Assembly: GCA_964035545.1 (NCBI GenBank)
Contig: OZ037773.1
Span: forward strand, 2,695,751-2,759,750
DNA from: Bugula neritina
Lineage: Eukaryota > Animalia > Bryozoa
DNA length: 64,000 nt
Direction of reading: 5' to 3'
A program made the translations under genes and the position numbers. Positions 1 through 13,200 of the stretch are shown piece by piece; the stretch's first letter is position 1, and each line of letters starts with the position of its first letter. The notes under the pieces are model-generated. The model worked only from the letters and a program-made list of their open reading frames with translations. It ran no database searches and was not told where the DNA came from.

Positions 1-409
1 ACATATGTGAATGCAGTTCTACTGCACTTGATTGGTAACAGTTATAATAGGAATTTTGGATTACACAGTAAACAATAAATAGGCTCTAATAACTTAAAGT
101 TCAATTGCACAAAGTAACTCAGCAATAAGAAAATAATTGAACTGAAAACATACAAAACACTAGAAAAACTTATAGCTGAAGAAAGTTTGATAAACTTACG
201 CTAATGATAACAGGGTCTATAAGCACATTTGAATTACTAATACAATAATTTGACATCCACTTCAATTTGTTCTAAATCCTATACAACTGTTTAAAAACAT
301 ACTTTTGTTTATAAAAAAAGTTATTGAAGATTATTTATATAAATCTGGAAAAACCGAAGAAACAGAAGGAAAAACTGTTAGAGAAAATTAAATTGTCCTA
401 TTTACCTAC

Positions 410-3400
410 CAACATATAGCCATATGTAGCTGTTTGCATCAGACTTGAAAGGGTTTAGCAATTCTAGCACGCTGTCCAACTCTGCCTCTGATTTCGCAGT
501 AAAGAGACGTGCTCTATGCTGCTTGCAAGTCAATAAAGCCTTTTCCATGGTCATCAGCTCTTGTGAGCCAATGAAGAAACAGCGGCAGCCGTGTACACAA
601 AACCGAGGGGTTTTTCCACCATCAACAACTACTGGTTTTAAAGTGAAGTCCGGGTTTGCCAAACAGTTTCCTGGGAGAGCCAAAAAAATACCAATAGCTC
701 TAACACTTATAAGTACTTTAAAATAAATTAGGGTCATTTAGCTTAATTTAGTACACACTAATTATCTCTAGTTTTTAGCTGTTTTTCACAGTTTAGCTGC
801 TAATGTATGTAGTTTCTTGCATTAGACTGACAATTTTAATTTTAACAAATACAGCTGAATAAGCAAAGTTTTTCTTTTTAATTTTGCTTATTTTTTATGT
901 TTTACCCTAGTTTTTTAGTTAACTAGAGATATATAATTAGGTAAAATGACCCTTTAGTAATTAACTACAGGTTTTTAGCGAAACGTTTACTAGCTTTAAA
1001 AATGTCAAAATATTTGCATTTATTTCTATTCAAGCTTTTATCTTTGTTTATAAATGACATGCAGAGAAAAAGATACTTTAGACTGAGAGCACAAATTCTA
1101 CCTGCTTCGCACTTTTGTTTGAGGAGACAATGATCTTGCTCTGAGCACTTCCGTCTGCAAATTGTGGTTCCTGAAGAAATCTCAACACACTGTTGGTCAG
1201 GGGGACAGTTGAAGAGGCCCGAACGACATCTGAGGACGCAGAAACAACATTTATAGCAAACATCAAGAGACAGAACAAATTGGGAAAGCAACACACACCT
1301 AGTATGAGTTGAACCTTGAAGCATATTACATTACCAAATTAAGCATCAATAAAAAACCTGTTTAGTTTTGTTTTATATAACAACATGAAACTATTGAGCT
1401 ACACGTGTATAGTAGCATCTTCAACCTTTCTTAGTAACCTAGATTTCCCACATTAATAAGCTGAATCTCCAATAAAATGTTTTAGTGAACATGATAAATC
1501 ATGGAAATAGAATTTATATAAGACATTGGAAAACTATTACTATTCTTTCTATTTCTTCAAAACGTTTTTTCAGTATTTTTTCATATAGATTTCAATTGCA
1601 TACGCAGTGGTGCACTGGTTGAGTTCAGGATCACATGCTAAAGGAATGTTAGGATGGCAGTCTAAGCTTTTTCCAGGTTTACAGAATCCTGGACAGTCTG
1701 TATGGTCAGTACATTCTGCAAATAGTGACATCCTACATAGATATAGTTTTTATTATTGTTTAACTTTCTCTAAATTAATACATTATATACTTTAAAAGAA
1801 TAGTAATTGCTGGTATAAAACACCATGGTTTAATAAATAGAGATCTGCTATAAAATTTTGATCCAATCAACCTTCTGCCAAAAACAAAGTTTGAACCAAG
1901 TTGAAATGTCACTGTAAATAACCACACTGTTTGCAGCATGAATATGCATTAACAAAAATGTATTAAGGTGCCCTTTTCTTATTTTCAGTAACATAATATA
2001 ATGCAGCATATTTGTTCAAAAAAGTATAACCAGTCATTTCAAAGTTAGTTGTAAATAATTATTGCATCTATAATATAGTCTGTGGCATGCTTGCATAAAA
2101 CTTATGTATGAATTTTACTCAATTGTTAACATTGCAGTATCATAATTTTGTTGACTTTAGGTAAAAAGGGCACAGGTAAAAATTTCAAAGGTAAAAATGG
2201 AACAGGCAGTAATAACACAGGTAATAATGACACAAATTGAAAAGTAGGTAAAAATGACACAACTGCAGTTAACTTTTCCCTAATTCCCAAACGCTAAATT
2301 CAAACCCCCAACCCAAGCTTAAACCCCTCATACCAAATCCCCAAACTCCCACCCCAAACCCTAATAACAAATTTGTGCCAGTTTTACCTAATTTTCCATT
2401 TGTGCTATTATTACCTGTTACTTTCACTGACCACCGATATTGTTAGTAAACAAATAAAATAAACTGTTTGATTTATGTCAAACACTTACTGTTTTGGTAA
2501 AATGCTGTCTGCACGCTTACTATGAAATTTTTTCCACCTAAAATCATATTCCCTGTTTCTGGTAGCATCATCACTGATCTCAAGCCTTGGAGATGGCAGG
2601 TAAAAAAATTGGCTGTGTTTTTAAAAGATGGCGTTGCGATGTTCACAAGTTTTGTTGCCCCGCACAAAGATGTGACTCCGTTTTCCTTGATATTGTAAAG
2701 TCGCACAACTTGATCAATATGATCAGTGGCTATCAACATGTCATTGCTATACCAAAAGGCATCATAAATATCGTTATAACCGCTGCCTTGAAGTGTTCCA
2801 TCAACTGTGTAGTTTGCAACTCTGTTTCCAAGCACTTCCAGACTTTGACCAGTTGCCAAATCAATTTCCACCAAACTGTTTGCGAAAGTAAATAATTTGT
2901 TTCGAAGATCGTTAGTAAATATAACTTTACAGGCGGGGCATGCACCTATCAGTGAAGTAGTGTTTGTAGCAAAGTTTACTATCCGCAAAACATGTTTGTC
3001 AACAAATTCGGAAATAACAAGTGTGGTAGCCGTTAGCAAGACTCCTGATAATATTTGAGTAAACTGAGTTTGACCAAAGGCACCATTTACATACCCGCCA
3101 TCGGCGCACTTTCCAACTAACGTAGCCACGACTCCCGATCTACGGTTTGCATGGCGAATACAATGCGCTTCTAAAATATATAGACGGTAGAACTCGGGCT
3201 GCACCATGTCAACAATCTGTTTGAATCGGGCATCAGCTGTGACACCATCAATTGGCTTATCCGTTGAGAACCGACTGCCATAAATGTATCTAGGTACATT
3301 TTCACCTAATTTTAAATTTCCAACTGCCTTAGAATTTGCAAAGAGGATTTTTCCACGGCGATAGGAATCTCTCTGTATTGACACAATGTCTTCTGAAGGG

Positions 3401-3423
3401 TCATAAAACTGCTGATTAATTGA
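410..3423 (-). CDS. Multi-exon gene (5' start unresolved, 3' end probably runs off the window): NHL-like beta-propeller, Cys-rich modules, then a C-type lectin domain
   Basis: Phase-compatible GT-AG exons: 3423-2490 (NHL-like motifs DGVTADARF, GKCADGGYVNG), 1715-1604 (KCTDHTDCPGFCKPG..C..C..C), 1229-1102 (CRSGLFNCPPDQQCV..CRRKCSEQDHC) and 670-~410 (CFFIGSQELMTMEKALLTCKQHRARL..E..YIWL, start of a C-type lectin domain). A possible signal-peptide exon near 4302-4367 could not be joined in phase. Confidence 0.75.
2158..2425. mobile_element. Foldback/MITE-like non-autonomous repeat with 15-bp subterminal units and a C-rich telomere-like core
   Basis: Left arm of ggtaaaaa(t/g)ggcaca-like units; right arm is their reverse complement (tgtgccagttttacc, tgtgctattattacc); core of cccaaa/cctaa-like repeats. 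Related left arm and core at 29340-29580. Confidence 0.55.
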
Positions 3424-5446
3424 CTGAAAATGTAGGCTACAAAAAAAAACATACACCCTGAATAATCAATTAAGAAAATAGTACTCCCAATAGTAATATG
3501 ATGTAGTATAACATTAATACAACAGTGACAACATATTATAATGATGAAGATGTAATATAGTAACAAATTAATACAATGTAACTGTTGATTTAGGGTAAAC
3601 TCTCTTACTAACACACTGCTCATGCTCACAACATTTCTAGGCCTCTAGCTCATTTCAGCGAAATAAATTATCTAACCGAATCTCTAACTTACAATTTCCT
3701 CTCCTACTATTTCATTCCAATAAGACACTCAACAAAACATTATGTTCTGTTTTATCTTCAAGCTTGGGTTTGTTGATATATACTGAGAAAAAATTGATAG
3801 CAAATAATTTGCACAGATGGGAAAAGAAAGTTGTTTGGTGCAAATCTCATTACCATTAGCAGGATGAACTTGAATACTTAAAAACTTTCTTGTAGTAACT
3901 TCGGTTTCACAATTCTTTATTTCAATCAATTATGCAATATTAGGAATTGGGTGACAATTCAAAATGAACTTATTTATACTACATGCAATAAGATCATGGG
4001 AAAATGCTCGTACAAATAACTATTCAAGTTTCATTCCTATTGCCAAGGTATTGCATGTTGCAGGTAATTCTACAAACAGCAAACTCTGTTTAATGTAGCA
4101 AAATCCTTACTTTTCCCACCCTATTGATAAATTACTTGTGAATAAATGGTGCCTTATTGTTGCAAAAAAATGTTCTAACCAAGTCTAAAATAATTTTTAT
4201 GAGAAAGAAACTTTCGCTATTATTGCTAAATGTTCTGATATACAGACAAATCAATTTTTCGTACCACCAATAAATTTAGTTTTGCTGTTAATTTGACCTT
4301 ACCTGTGAACTTGTGTTTTAATCACCAATCCAAAGTATATACTATGCATTATGATCGTGTGCAGCATCTGCAATATACAATCACAAAACAAATCTTTATG
4401 CTTGAAACATAAAAAATCTTTGTTTAACCGACTGAATCTTTAAGGCAAGAATAACAACCATCTATATACTCTATAGTGTGGCAGTTTGACCAACTTTCAT
4501 TCAAGAAATTGTCATTCTATTTTAAGACTGAACGACTGATAATTTTATAGCAAAGTTTTGAATCTCACAAATTCTTTCAAACAACACAATACTATCCTAA
4601 ATTTTTTTTTAATACATATGTTTGAAAACTTATTAGTGCTTTATTAAAAAATTAAATGAATATAAATGAAGCAACTACAAGCTTCTATAAGATATGTTCA
4701 TTATAAAGTTATTTTTTGCCTAGAAACATGGGTTATTAAAACAAAAAGATAGTATGAGAATTTCACAAATATGTCGTCTTACCAAAATATGTAGCCACTT
4801 TGTGATAACAGACATTTATATCCTTCTTCTTATTTTCAAACTCATTTCTTTTTGCACAAAAATTCATTACTCCACTCATTCACCGATTCATGATTGTCAG
4901 TAATTAGTAACTGTACAACAGTGACTGTAATTCTCACATTTGATTATGTCATCAAAACATTGTTATTCAGAAAGTTTTCATGTATAGACGTTATGATGAG
5001 CACAACATTGGTATTGAAGTGATTAAATATGTGTAACAATTTTAAAGTTTATTAAAGCTGATATATTTAAAAAAAAATCTAAGCAAACTTTTACATTGGT
5101 AGAATAATTATATTGAAAAAACCTAAATTATGGTGTCAGGTTTGCGTAGTAAAAGCAATATCTTTATTAAGTTTATATTGTAGAGAGTGTTTTATTGCAG
5201 TTCCAAATTTGATAACCTAATCTCAAAGTTTTGCAGTTCAAGTTTGTTAAAAATCTGCAATAAGTGTGTCATACACAAAAAATTACTGAAGTATCGATTT
5301 ATTACATAGTAATATAAAGCCAAGACATAAACAAAAAACCAGTTATTATTTACTAACACATTTTCAAGCATCATGATATTGTGGAGCTTTATAATAATAT
5401 TTATTATTAACTATTATATATATGTATTGTAGGTTCAGCAAAGACC

Positions 5447-5644
5447 GAGCAGCTGTGGTCTAGGGGTTAGAGCGTTTGCCTAGCAAACATGAGGTCATGG
5501 GTTCGAGCCCGGACAAAGGCCATTGGTAATGTTAGGAAGTGCATTCAGTCATAATTGCTCCTGTACCTCATTTAAATAAGTCCTTAGCTCGCTTTAACAA
5601 AAACCTTTTCCATCACAAGGATAGAAACGATAAACTTGCGTGAG
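5447..5644 (+). mobile_element. tRNA-derived SINE (possible Meta-domain SINE)
   Basis: Pol III A box (tggtctagggg) and B box (ggttcgagccc), then a conserved body ggccattggtgatgttaggaagagcatcc..cataattgctcctgt. Five copies in the window. Confidence 0.8.
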
Positions 5645-7078
5645 ATTTTTTTATAAGTTCAGCAAAAAAGAAAAACGATATAGTGACCAATTTACATTAG
5701 AAATATTGACGACTTGACACATACGAAACATAAGATTACTCCTGAAATTGAGGCACCAGTTAGCCATGGGTATCAACATTAATAAGAAAATGCCTGTTTA
5801 GGGTTAGGCCACCAGGGTCCTCGTACTTGTATAGAGAACTTGGCTTTATTATTCGGAGATTTGAATTTTATAGCCAGTAAACTCGGGTACAGGTCTCTGG
5901 CATTTGAGTAGAGTTTCTAGCTCATGTTAACTGGTTCCATTATGAGAATGAATGCTAGTATGAATGGATTTTTGGTTGACATTCAAATGAACTTACAGTA
6001 TGGTTGTGGTTTCAAACATAGAATAAAAATCTATCGGAATAATGAGATGCTTGGAAGCATAGTGATTGTTACAGATCACATTGCTGTAGATTTGCTCATC
6101 ACTATTATTTTTAGGAGGAGAAGTAGGAGAAGTCATTGAGTAGAAATGTCTCTTCCTAGCTGATGATGTACTAACAATATATATAGTAAAATGTTCACTG
6201 CTATAACAGTAGTTCAGTATCTACCAGTTCTGATTTAAGTTTCGCACAAGCTATCTCGGCTGTTGTAAAGATAACTCCTGTAATTCAAACAATAGACTTG
6301 TAGGTTTCACTTGTAGGACTGTCTATTCTTAAATGAATCTGCTAAAACCTCAGTTAACATCAGTAGGAATTAAACAAAGCAGTTATAGTTCCTACTTTTA
6401 GATTTTCCCAGTTTTTAATGAAAGGACAACTGCTATTCATCAGCACATATGATAGTTTGTTGCATATACTACTTGTAAGGTCTATGTTTTAAAAACTGAT
6501 TCTGAAAATCAATTTAGATCTTACAGAGATTAAAGTGCTAATTGCTCATTGTTAATTGCATGTTGATAATTGCTAATTATCCTAGTTACTTTATTTCAGG
6601 ATGGGAAAAAAGTCTGGGAAGAAATTCAAAACAATAACTCACATAGATTTAAAGCTAACAGATTGTGGTAGCCTACTGAGGCTGAGTACTTCTCATTTAC
6701 ATTCAGTATAGAGCATATATGCTAGCTTTATGCGATAAGTTTATATGAATTTGCTTTTTTATTAATAACTCATTATTTTCATTTTATATGTGCCTTTCTG
6801 TATTATCTATATAGCATTATTTAAAGAAAAATATTCATAGATACCTAAAATCTACAATTTTTTATATTTTCAATTTTTTTTTTTAATTATCAATGATCAT
6901 AATATATTTTTGATATTTATTATAGTTGCACCACCTTACTTGTTTTAGTTAACATATTAAATTATCAAGCAAATGTTGCCTATTTTATGAAAATCTAACT
7001 ACATATAAATATTTTGCCCCAGGTAATAGAATAGTAACAAATAAACCTAACAATTGAGTCTGTTTTAAAATGTTGCTT

Positions 7079-7183
<105 letters not shown>

Positions 7184-7578
7184 TTTTCTTGAACTAATTT
7201 TCAAAAAAATTAATTTGCAAGCTTACTTTGTGAGACTATAGCTAGACATCTACATTTTTAAAACCAATAACTTCAACAATAAGATACATAAAGCTATAAA
7301 TATTTTTTAAATTGAGAAAGGTTATACACTAATATTACCATTATTGTATAAAATGAATTTGTTTTCTGTTTAAATACTATTGAATATATATAGGAAATCT
7401 ATTTCACACTCTCAAAAACTTTACCAGTCAGTTAGTATTTTAAAAGCAGAAAATTAAACATCAATTTCACAAAATTAAGATACTGTATTGGTTACAATAA
7501 CTGTTGAAAAAATTTTATATAGCAGAAAGAAAAAGAAGGAAGGAGTAAAAGTAAAAGTGGTTAGAGTTATATATCACA

Positions 7579-9122
7579 TCATCGACCGGTTGGTTGCTCT
7601 GGCTCAACTATTACTAAACCCCTAGGCTGTTGTTGTGATGGCAAAGTAGTAGAAAGGGTAGTAATGGTTGTCAAATTTTCTTTGTTTTCCTGAAACAACA
7701 AACAGCATCTTTTAAAACTTTTCATAAAATTTCGAAAATTGACATTATAGCAATAAAACATTAAAGTTAGCACATTTACAACTTTGAATATTAGCTAACA
7801 ATGCAAGTAATCTCTTGCTATTTGTGTGTTTTATGCAGTCAAAATTTGCAAGAATACTACAAAGTGAAATACTTTTTATAAATTTTGCTATATTGTTAGC
7901 AGCCATACATTTAATAAAATTGATGTGTTTTTAACTATAAGTCAAGTGTTGGGTGAAAAAAAGGAGATATTAAAATTTTAAAAAGAAATAATTATTGATT
8001 TTTTTCACAGGATGGAATTTTTATCTTTCATAAACTGTTAGGAAGCAAGTTTGGTTTACAGCACTATAAACCTGCCCTACTTTTTGTATACTAGTGCTGC
8101 TATAAACTTTTTCTTACATTAATTGCAGTTTGTGGAATAGAGTATTTCATTTTGTTAAAAGCAGTTGAAATTAGTTGCAGTTTGCATATTTTTATCCTGC
8201 AATGAATTATATATTATGTTGAATTAGTGCAAAATGTAGTCACAGTAAGCTAATTTTTTTGTTTGATTTATCAAAAGATATGATGCAATGCTGTGCAGTT
8301 CAAAGTAACTTGTTATATAAAAAGTTTTATACAATGTTGAAATAAACGAATCACCTGTGACCGAATGTAAGCATATTTTAGGTGGCCGGAGGCAGGACAA
8401 GGACTATCAGCAGAAAAATTTGAAGAGTAGATAAAGCATTTAGAACTCAGCTGATTGTAAACAACAGCTTTGCAGACGGCAATCTTTGTTAGACACTCAC
8501 CAACACACCTAGTAAATGCTTTGCCTGCAATAATTAGTATCAGAATGTTAAAAGTTCTTTGGTGATGAAAAATAACTCAATAGTAGATGACTTTTAAAGA
8601 AGGAATCATAAGCCAAAATTGAGAAAATTTGAACATAATGCATTAGTAAATTATAGAAAGTCAATAATTGAATGACCAAGATACATCATTGCTCTTAAAC
8701 CTGCAAATAAACAAACAAGAGTTCACTTTCAGTCGTATTCACAATAAAGTTATGTATATTCCATCATAAACCACCAAGCTGGTTTTTAATTTAAGGTGAA
8801 CTGCTTAATTTAAAGTATTGCTTTATGACAATTTACCGTAGTTTGAAATCTGCTTTTGTTGAACAAAGAACAGAAAATAAAAATTATTACGGTGACTCAA
8901 GGTTTGGTGTTCTAATGCTTACACAGGGTCTCAATAAAAAGAATAGCAACACATAAACTGCTTACAATCCAAGATGGTGTGAATAGCTAATTGACTGTAG
9001 TTGGCAGGTAGGTGAATGTGTGATGTGATGGCAAAGGAAGAGCTCATCGTAACCAGCCTAGAACTAGTGGCTATAATGTTCAGTGCCACCAGATAGAGGT
9101 AGAAAAACCTTCTAGCTGCCAT
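7579..9122 (-). CDS. Small secreted PAN/apple-like domain protein with a Thr-rich tail (internal small exons unresolved)
   Basis: Signal-peptide-like start MAARRFFYLYLVALNIIATSS (9122). Exon 8524-8355 reads RCVGECLTKIAVCKAVVYNQLSSKCFIY (PAN-type C-x3-C...C..YN...C.Y) and joins in phase 0 to last exon 7689-7579. Confidence 0.55.
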
Positions 9123-9186
9123 TTGCTAAAAAGTCTAATATAATGTAATTATATAATGTAACATTGTTGTATATATTTCCTTTTAA

Positions 9187-9430
<244 letters not shown>

Positions 9431-10282
9431 TATTCAAAGTAAAAAAAGTATAAAAATGCAAAAACTTACTTTGAAGGAAGCACTGGAGAAGGTTTTTAAT
9501 CAAGCTGTACGTGTGCATGAAGCTATCAAAAAATAAGTTATTAATTTTAATAAAGAAGGCTAAAAGACAAACCTCTAAATTTTAAAAGGTGCTTTTAAAA
9601 TGTTGACTCTGAGTAAATAGCATGCAAGTATGAAATAGTTACACTGGAGTATGACATCACGTGCTGCCAATACTTTCACTGCCACTTCTTTAAAGATTTA
9701 TTGAGCTTTTAATGCTTTATAACAGAATTGGTTCAATTAGCCTTCATAAATATAAAATGCAAGGAGCTACAATATTATAATGCAAAAACCCTGTATTTAT
9801 CTTTAGTTTTATTTTAACAATCAAAGTTACATATTGATTAGTTAGCAAGTATATAATCTGCATTTCACAGGTAATAAGTTTCACGTTTAAAAACTAATTA
9901 AAAACTAATCAAAAACTCTGCTAACTTTTCACCTGTTAACAGAATAAGGTTCACAGATGACATTGTGGTATAGTTAGAGTGTTGTATGGAGCTCTTTTCT
10001 ACCTGTGACAGGTGGTCTGATAGCCTTAGCTCTGCAGTTCATGTAGTAGGAGTTCAAATCCTGTTGCAGGCAAATTAATTAATTAACAATGTGCTGTGCT
10101 GGATGCAAGTGAATATTACACAATTTTAAGCTAAAAAAACGTTGAATGTGAAGCATATATCAAGAAACATTTTTTTCAGTTGAAGTTTATTACAGAAGCT
10201 ATAAAAATAAATACAATTGAAATGTAAAAATAAAAGCTATATTTTTATGCTAGTAGTAGAATAATATCATCCAAAATATTCA

Positions 10283-13200
10283 TTATACGCGACTATTACC
10301 ACGTATATCTGGTAGACGAATGTAGTTTAATTTGTTTGTTTTCAAATTCGGTGTTAGTTTATTTATTGATTCTCTCTCAGTCTCAACAACTGGTGTAAGA
10401 CTTTTTGTATTGGCTTTAGCTGGTTCAACCTCAACTTTTGCTGGTTCTACTTCCGCCTTAGCTGGTTCGACCTCGTTGTGGAATGCATGGTGGTTAGCCT
10501 GGCTTCCATTAAATTTTTTCAGCAGCATGTGAACTGCAGCAGTGGCTCCCACCAATAACAACAGAGTCATGATAGTCGCACAGGCTATAAAGCCAGCCTT
10601 GTAGTCTAAAGTCTCTACAACATACAACTTTATGTTAACACAACTTAGCTGTCTTAAAATAAGTGAATCTGCTGTTATTTATGCCCGAATTGTAGTAAAT
10701 AAATTTCATAAAGCCATCCAAAATGCTTCCTTATTTGAAAACTAAAATTTTCTAAATATAAACGATGAAAGCAAGTGGTTGTTAAATACACATCGTAGTA
10801 TATTTAGTGTATTGTGATGCTTGATATAAGATACGACACTAGTGTTACTTACTCACCACATTTACAACTCAACGTCCCATCCGTGGTGCGCTTAAAACCC
10901 AAAACACAAACTTCCTCACATATGGCTAAAATAGACAAGCAAATTTATCTGCACAAATTATGTAAAACTTTGCGTGCAAGTATATATCGTCTTGGAGTTG
11001 TCATATCATATGCACATGTTAGAGTTTTCATATCATGTAAACATGTTGATGCTGTCTACTATAAAGTTCCATAAAAATTTAGATAGCAACTGACTTGATA
11101 TCAATCACACATGCAGTCATTGAAATAGAAGTCATAATTATAATTCATTGCGTGCATGAGTCATCACAACACCAAAGTACGAGTCCACTTTTGACCTATT
11201 TGAGCTCATTGTAAAGTCGGTACTTGTAGCTGCACCCCAAACCAAGCATGATAAATCCAGACATGAAGAAAGCAATGCCATAGTTACTGAAGTAGAACGC
11301 CATGGTGAAATATATATAATTGAAAGACAGTTAAACAGTGATAAGTAGAGGGCCCAATATTTGGGGCCAGGGTTTGAGATTTTGAAAATCTTCAAATCTC
11401 AAGATCAGGCACTAATCACCTCATTGTGTGGCATACTTTAATGTGTATGAAAGTCAGTTCACTAAAGACAATCTCCCAGTTTCTAAGAGTTACAGGAAGT
11501 CTAAGATGCATACTTTGTCTGGCTAACTATTTCACAGAGAGAATTTCAACTGCTCATGGGTGAACAGCTATATAATGCAGAGTATATAAGAATATAATAA
11601 TACAGTACCTGTCTTTATACATTCACAAAGCTGTGTTCCATCTGCACTGCTTCTGAAGCCATGCTGACAATTCAAGATACAGGGCTCTGCGGTAGTCAGC
11701 AGTGAAATATCTACAACAATGAAATATCTCAATGTGTAATTTGTGAGAACAAACTTGGCAGTTGTAAAAACCTCTGCCGCTACCAAAAAATCCAACCACA
11801 GACCACCAGCTTGCAAGCCAACGATCTAACTATTACACTATGAGGACTACGGGATAATTTCAACACTACATTCTACCCAATTATTCAGTACTCTACTGGA
11901 TCTTCTACTACTCTGTCAGTTTTTGGGCACCTCTGGCATCTCAATTCTCTAAGAGTTCTACTACACTACACTCATGGCCGAAATAGCTTGTAAAATAGCT
12001 TCTCCCGTCAAAAATAAAACTGCAGACTTCTAAATTGCAAGCCAGCGTGCTAAGCATTACACTATGAGGGCTGTCAGACTACACTATGAGGACTATTGGG
12101 AAATCCCTGCAGTTATGACTTGTTTAGCACTTGAACCATAAAATAAAATTGAAAGACCCAACAAATCATCACCATACTGAATTTACTTTTGTGTACATGT
12201 GGAGTTGCAGTTTTAAAATAAAATATCCTTTAAAATAATAACAGCCATGTTCAAAATAAAAAAATCTGGCGAGGAAAAGACTACTGGCAATTTTTATGCT
12301 CAAACCTAGTCAACTGTGCCTAAAATTGGAAATCGCTTTAGCTGTGTATGCATTGTTATTGGATAATATATTTTAAGAAAAAAGCTTTTGGTAAAAGTTG
12401 TCAATGGTTTAATAAAATTAGCTGATATTTTATTATCTTTCTTAAGTGCTCGGCATTAAAGCTTATATCAGTAAATGCAGCAATCATAGGTGTACTTGAA
12501 AGTCAAGGTCAAAGCAACAGAGGACGGTACTACCTGTGTCCTCCAGTGATTCAGTGAGCAGTGTGTGGCTGTATGCATATGGTTGTGCAGTAAATGTATC
12601 TCTTTTGATTGAGGATGCTTTAACACTTGCGGTAGTCGAGCTAGTAGTTGGGACAGCTTGCTTGGTAGACTTAGTGGACAGAGTAGCAGTGGGACTACTA
12701 GTAGTAGAAGCACTGGTAGTAGGAGTTTGAGTAGCAGTAATAGTAGTAGAAGTACTGGCAGTAGAAGAACTGGCAGTAGAGGTACTGGTAGTAGGAGTAG
12801 AAGCACTGGTAGTAGGAGTAGCAGTAGTACTAGTAGCAGAAGTACTAACAGTAGAAGTACTGGCAGTAGAGGTACTGATAGTAGGAGTAGAGGTACTAAT
12901 AGTTATAGGAGTTTGAGTAGAAGTACTGGTAGTAGAAGTAGAAGTACTAGTAGTAGTAGAAGAAGAAAGAGTAGAAGTACTGGCAGTAGAGGTACTGACA
13001 GTAGAGGTACTGGTAGTAGGAGTAGAGGTACTAATAGTAGGAGTTTGAGTAGAAGTACTAGTAGCAGTAGAAGGAGAAAGAGTAGAAATACTGGTAGTAG
13101 TAGGAGTAAGAGTAGGACTAGTGTCAAGAGTAGTGGTGGTGCTGGTGGTAGTACTGGTAGTAGGAGTAAGAGTAGTAGTACTGGTAGTCACCTCTCCTTC

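Noticed and set aside
3729-4367. Upstream exons of the NHL/C-type lectin gene
   Set aside because: Candidate exons exist, but I could not join them in a consistent phase to the 3423 acceptor, so they were left out of the model.
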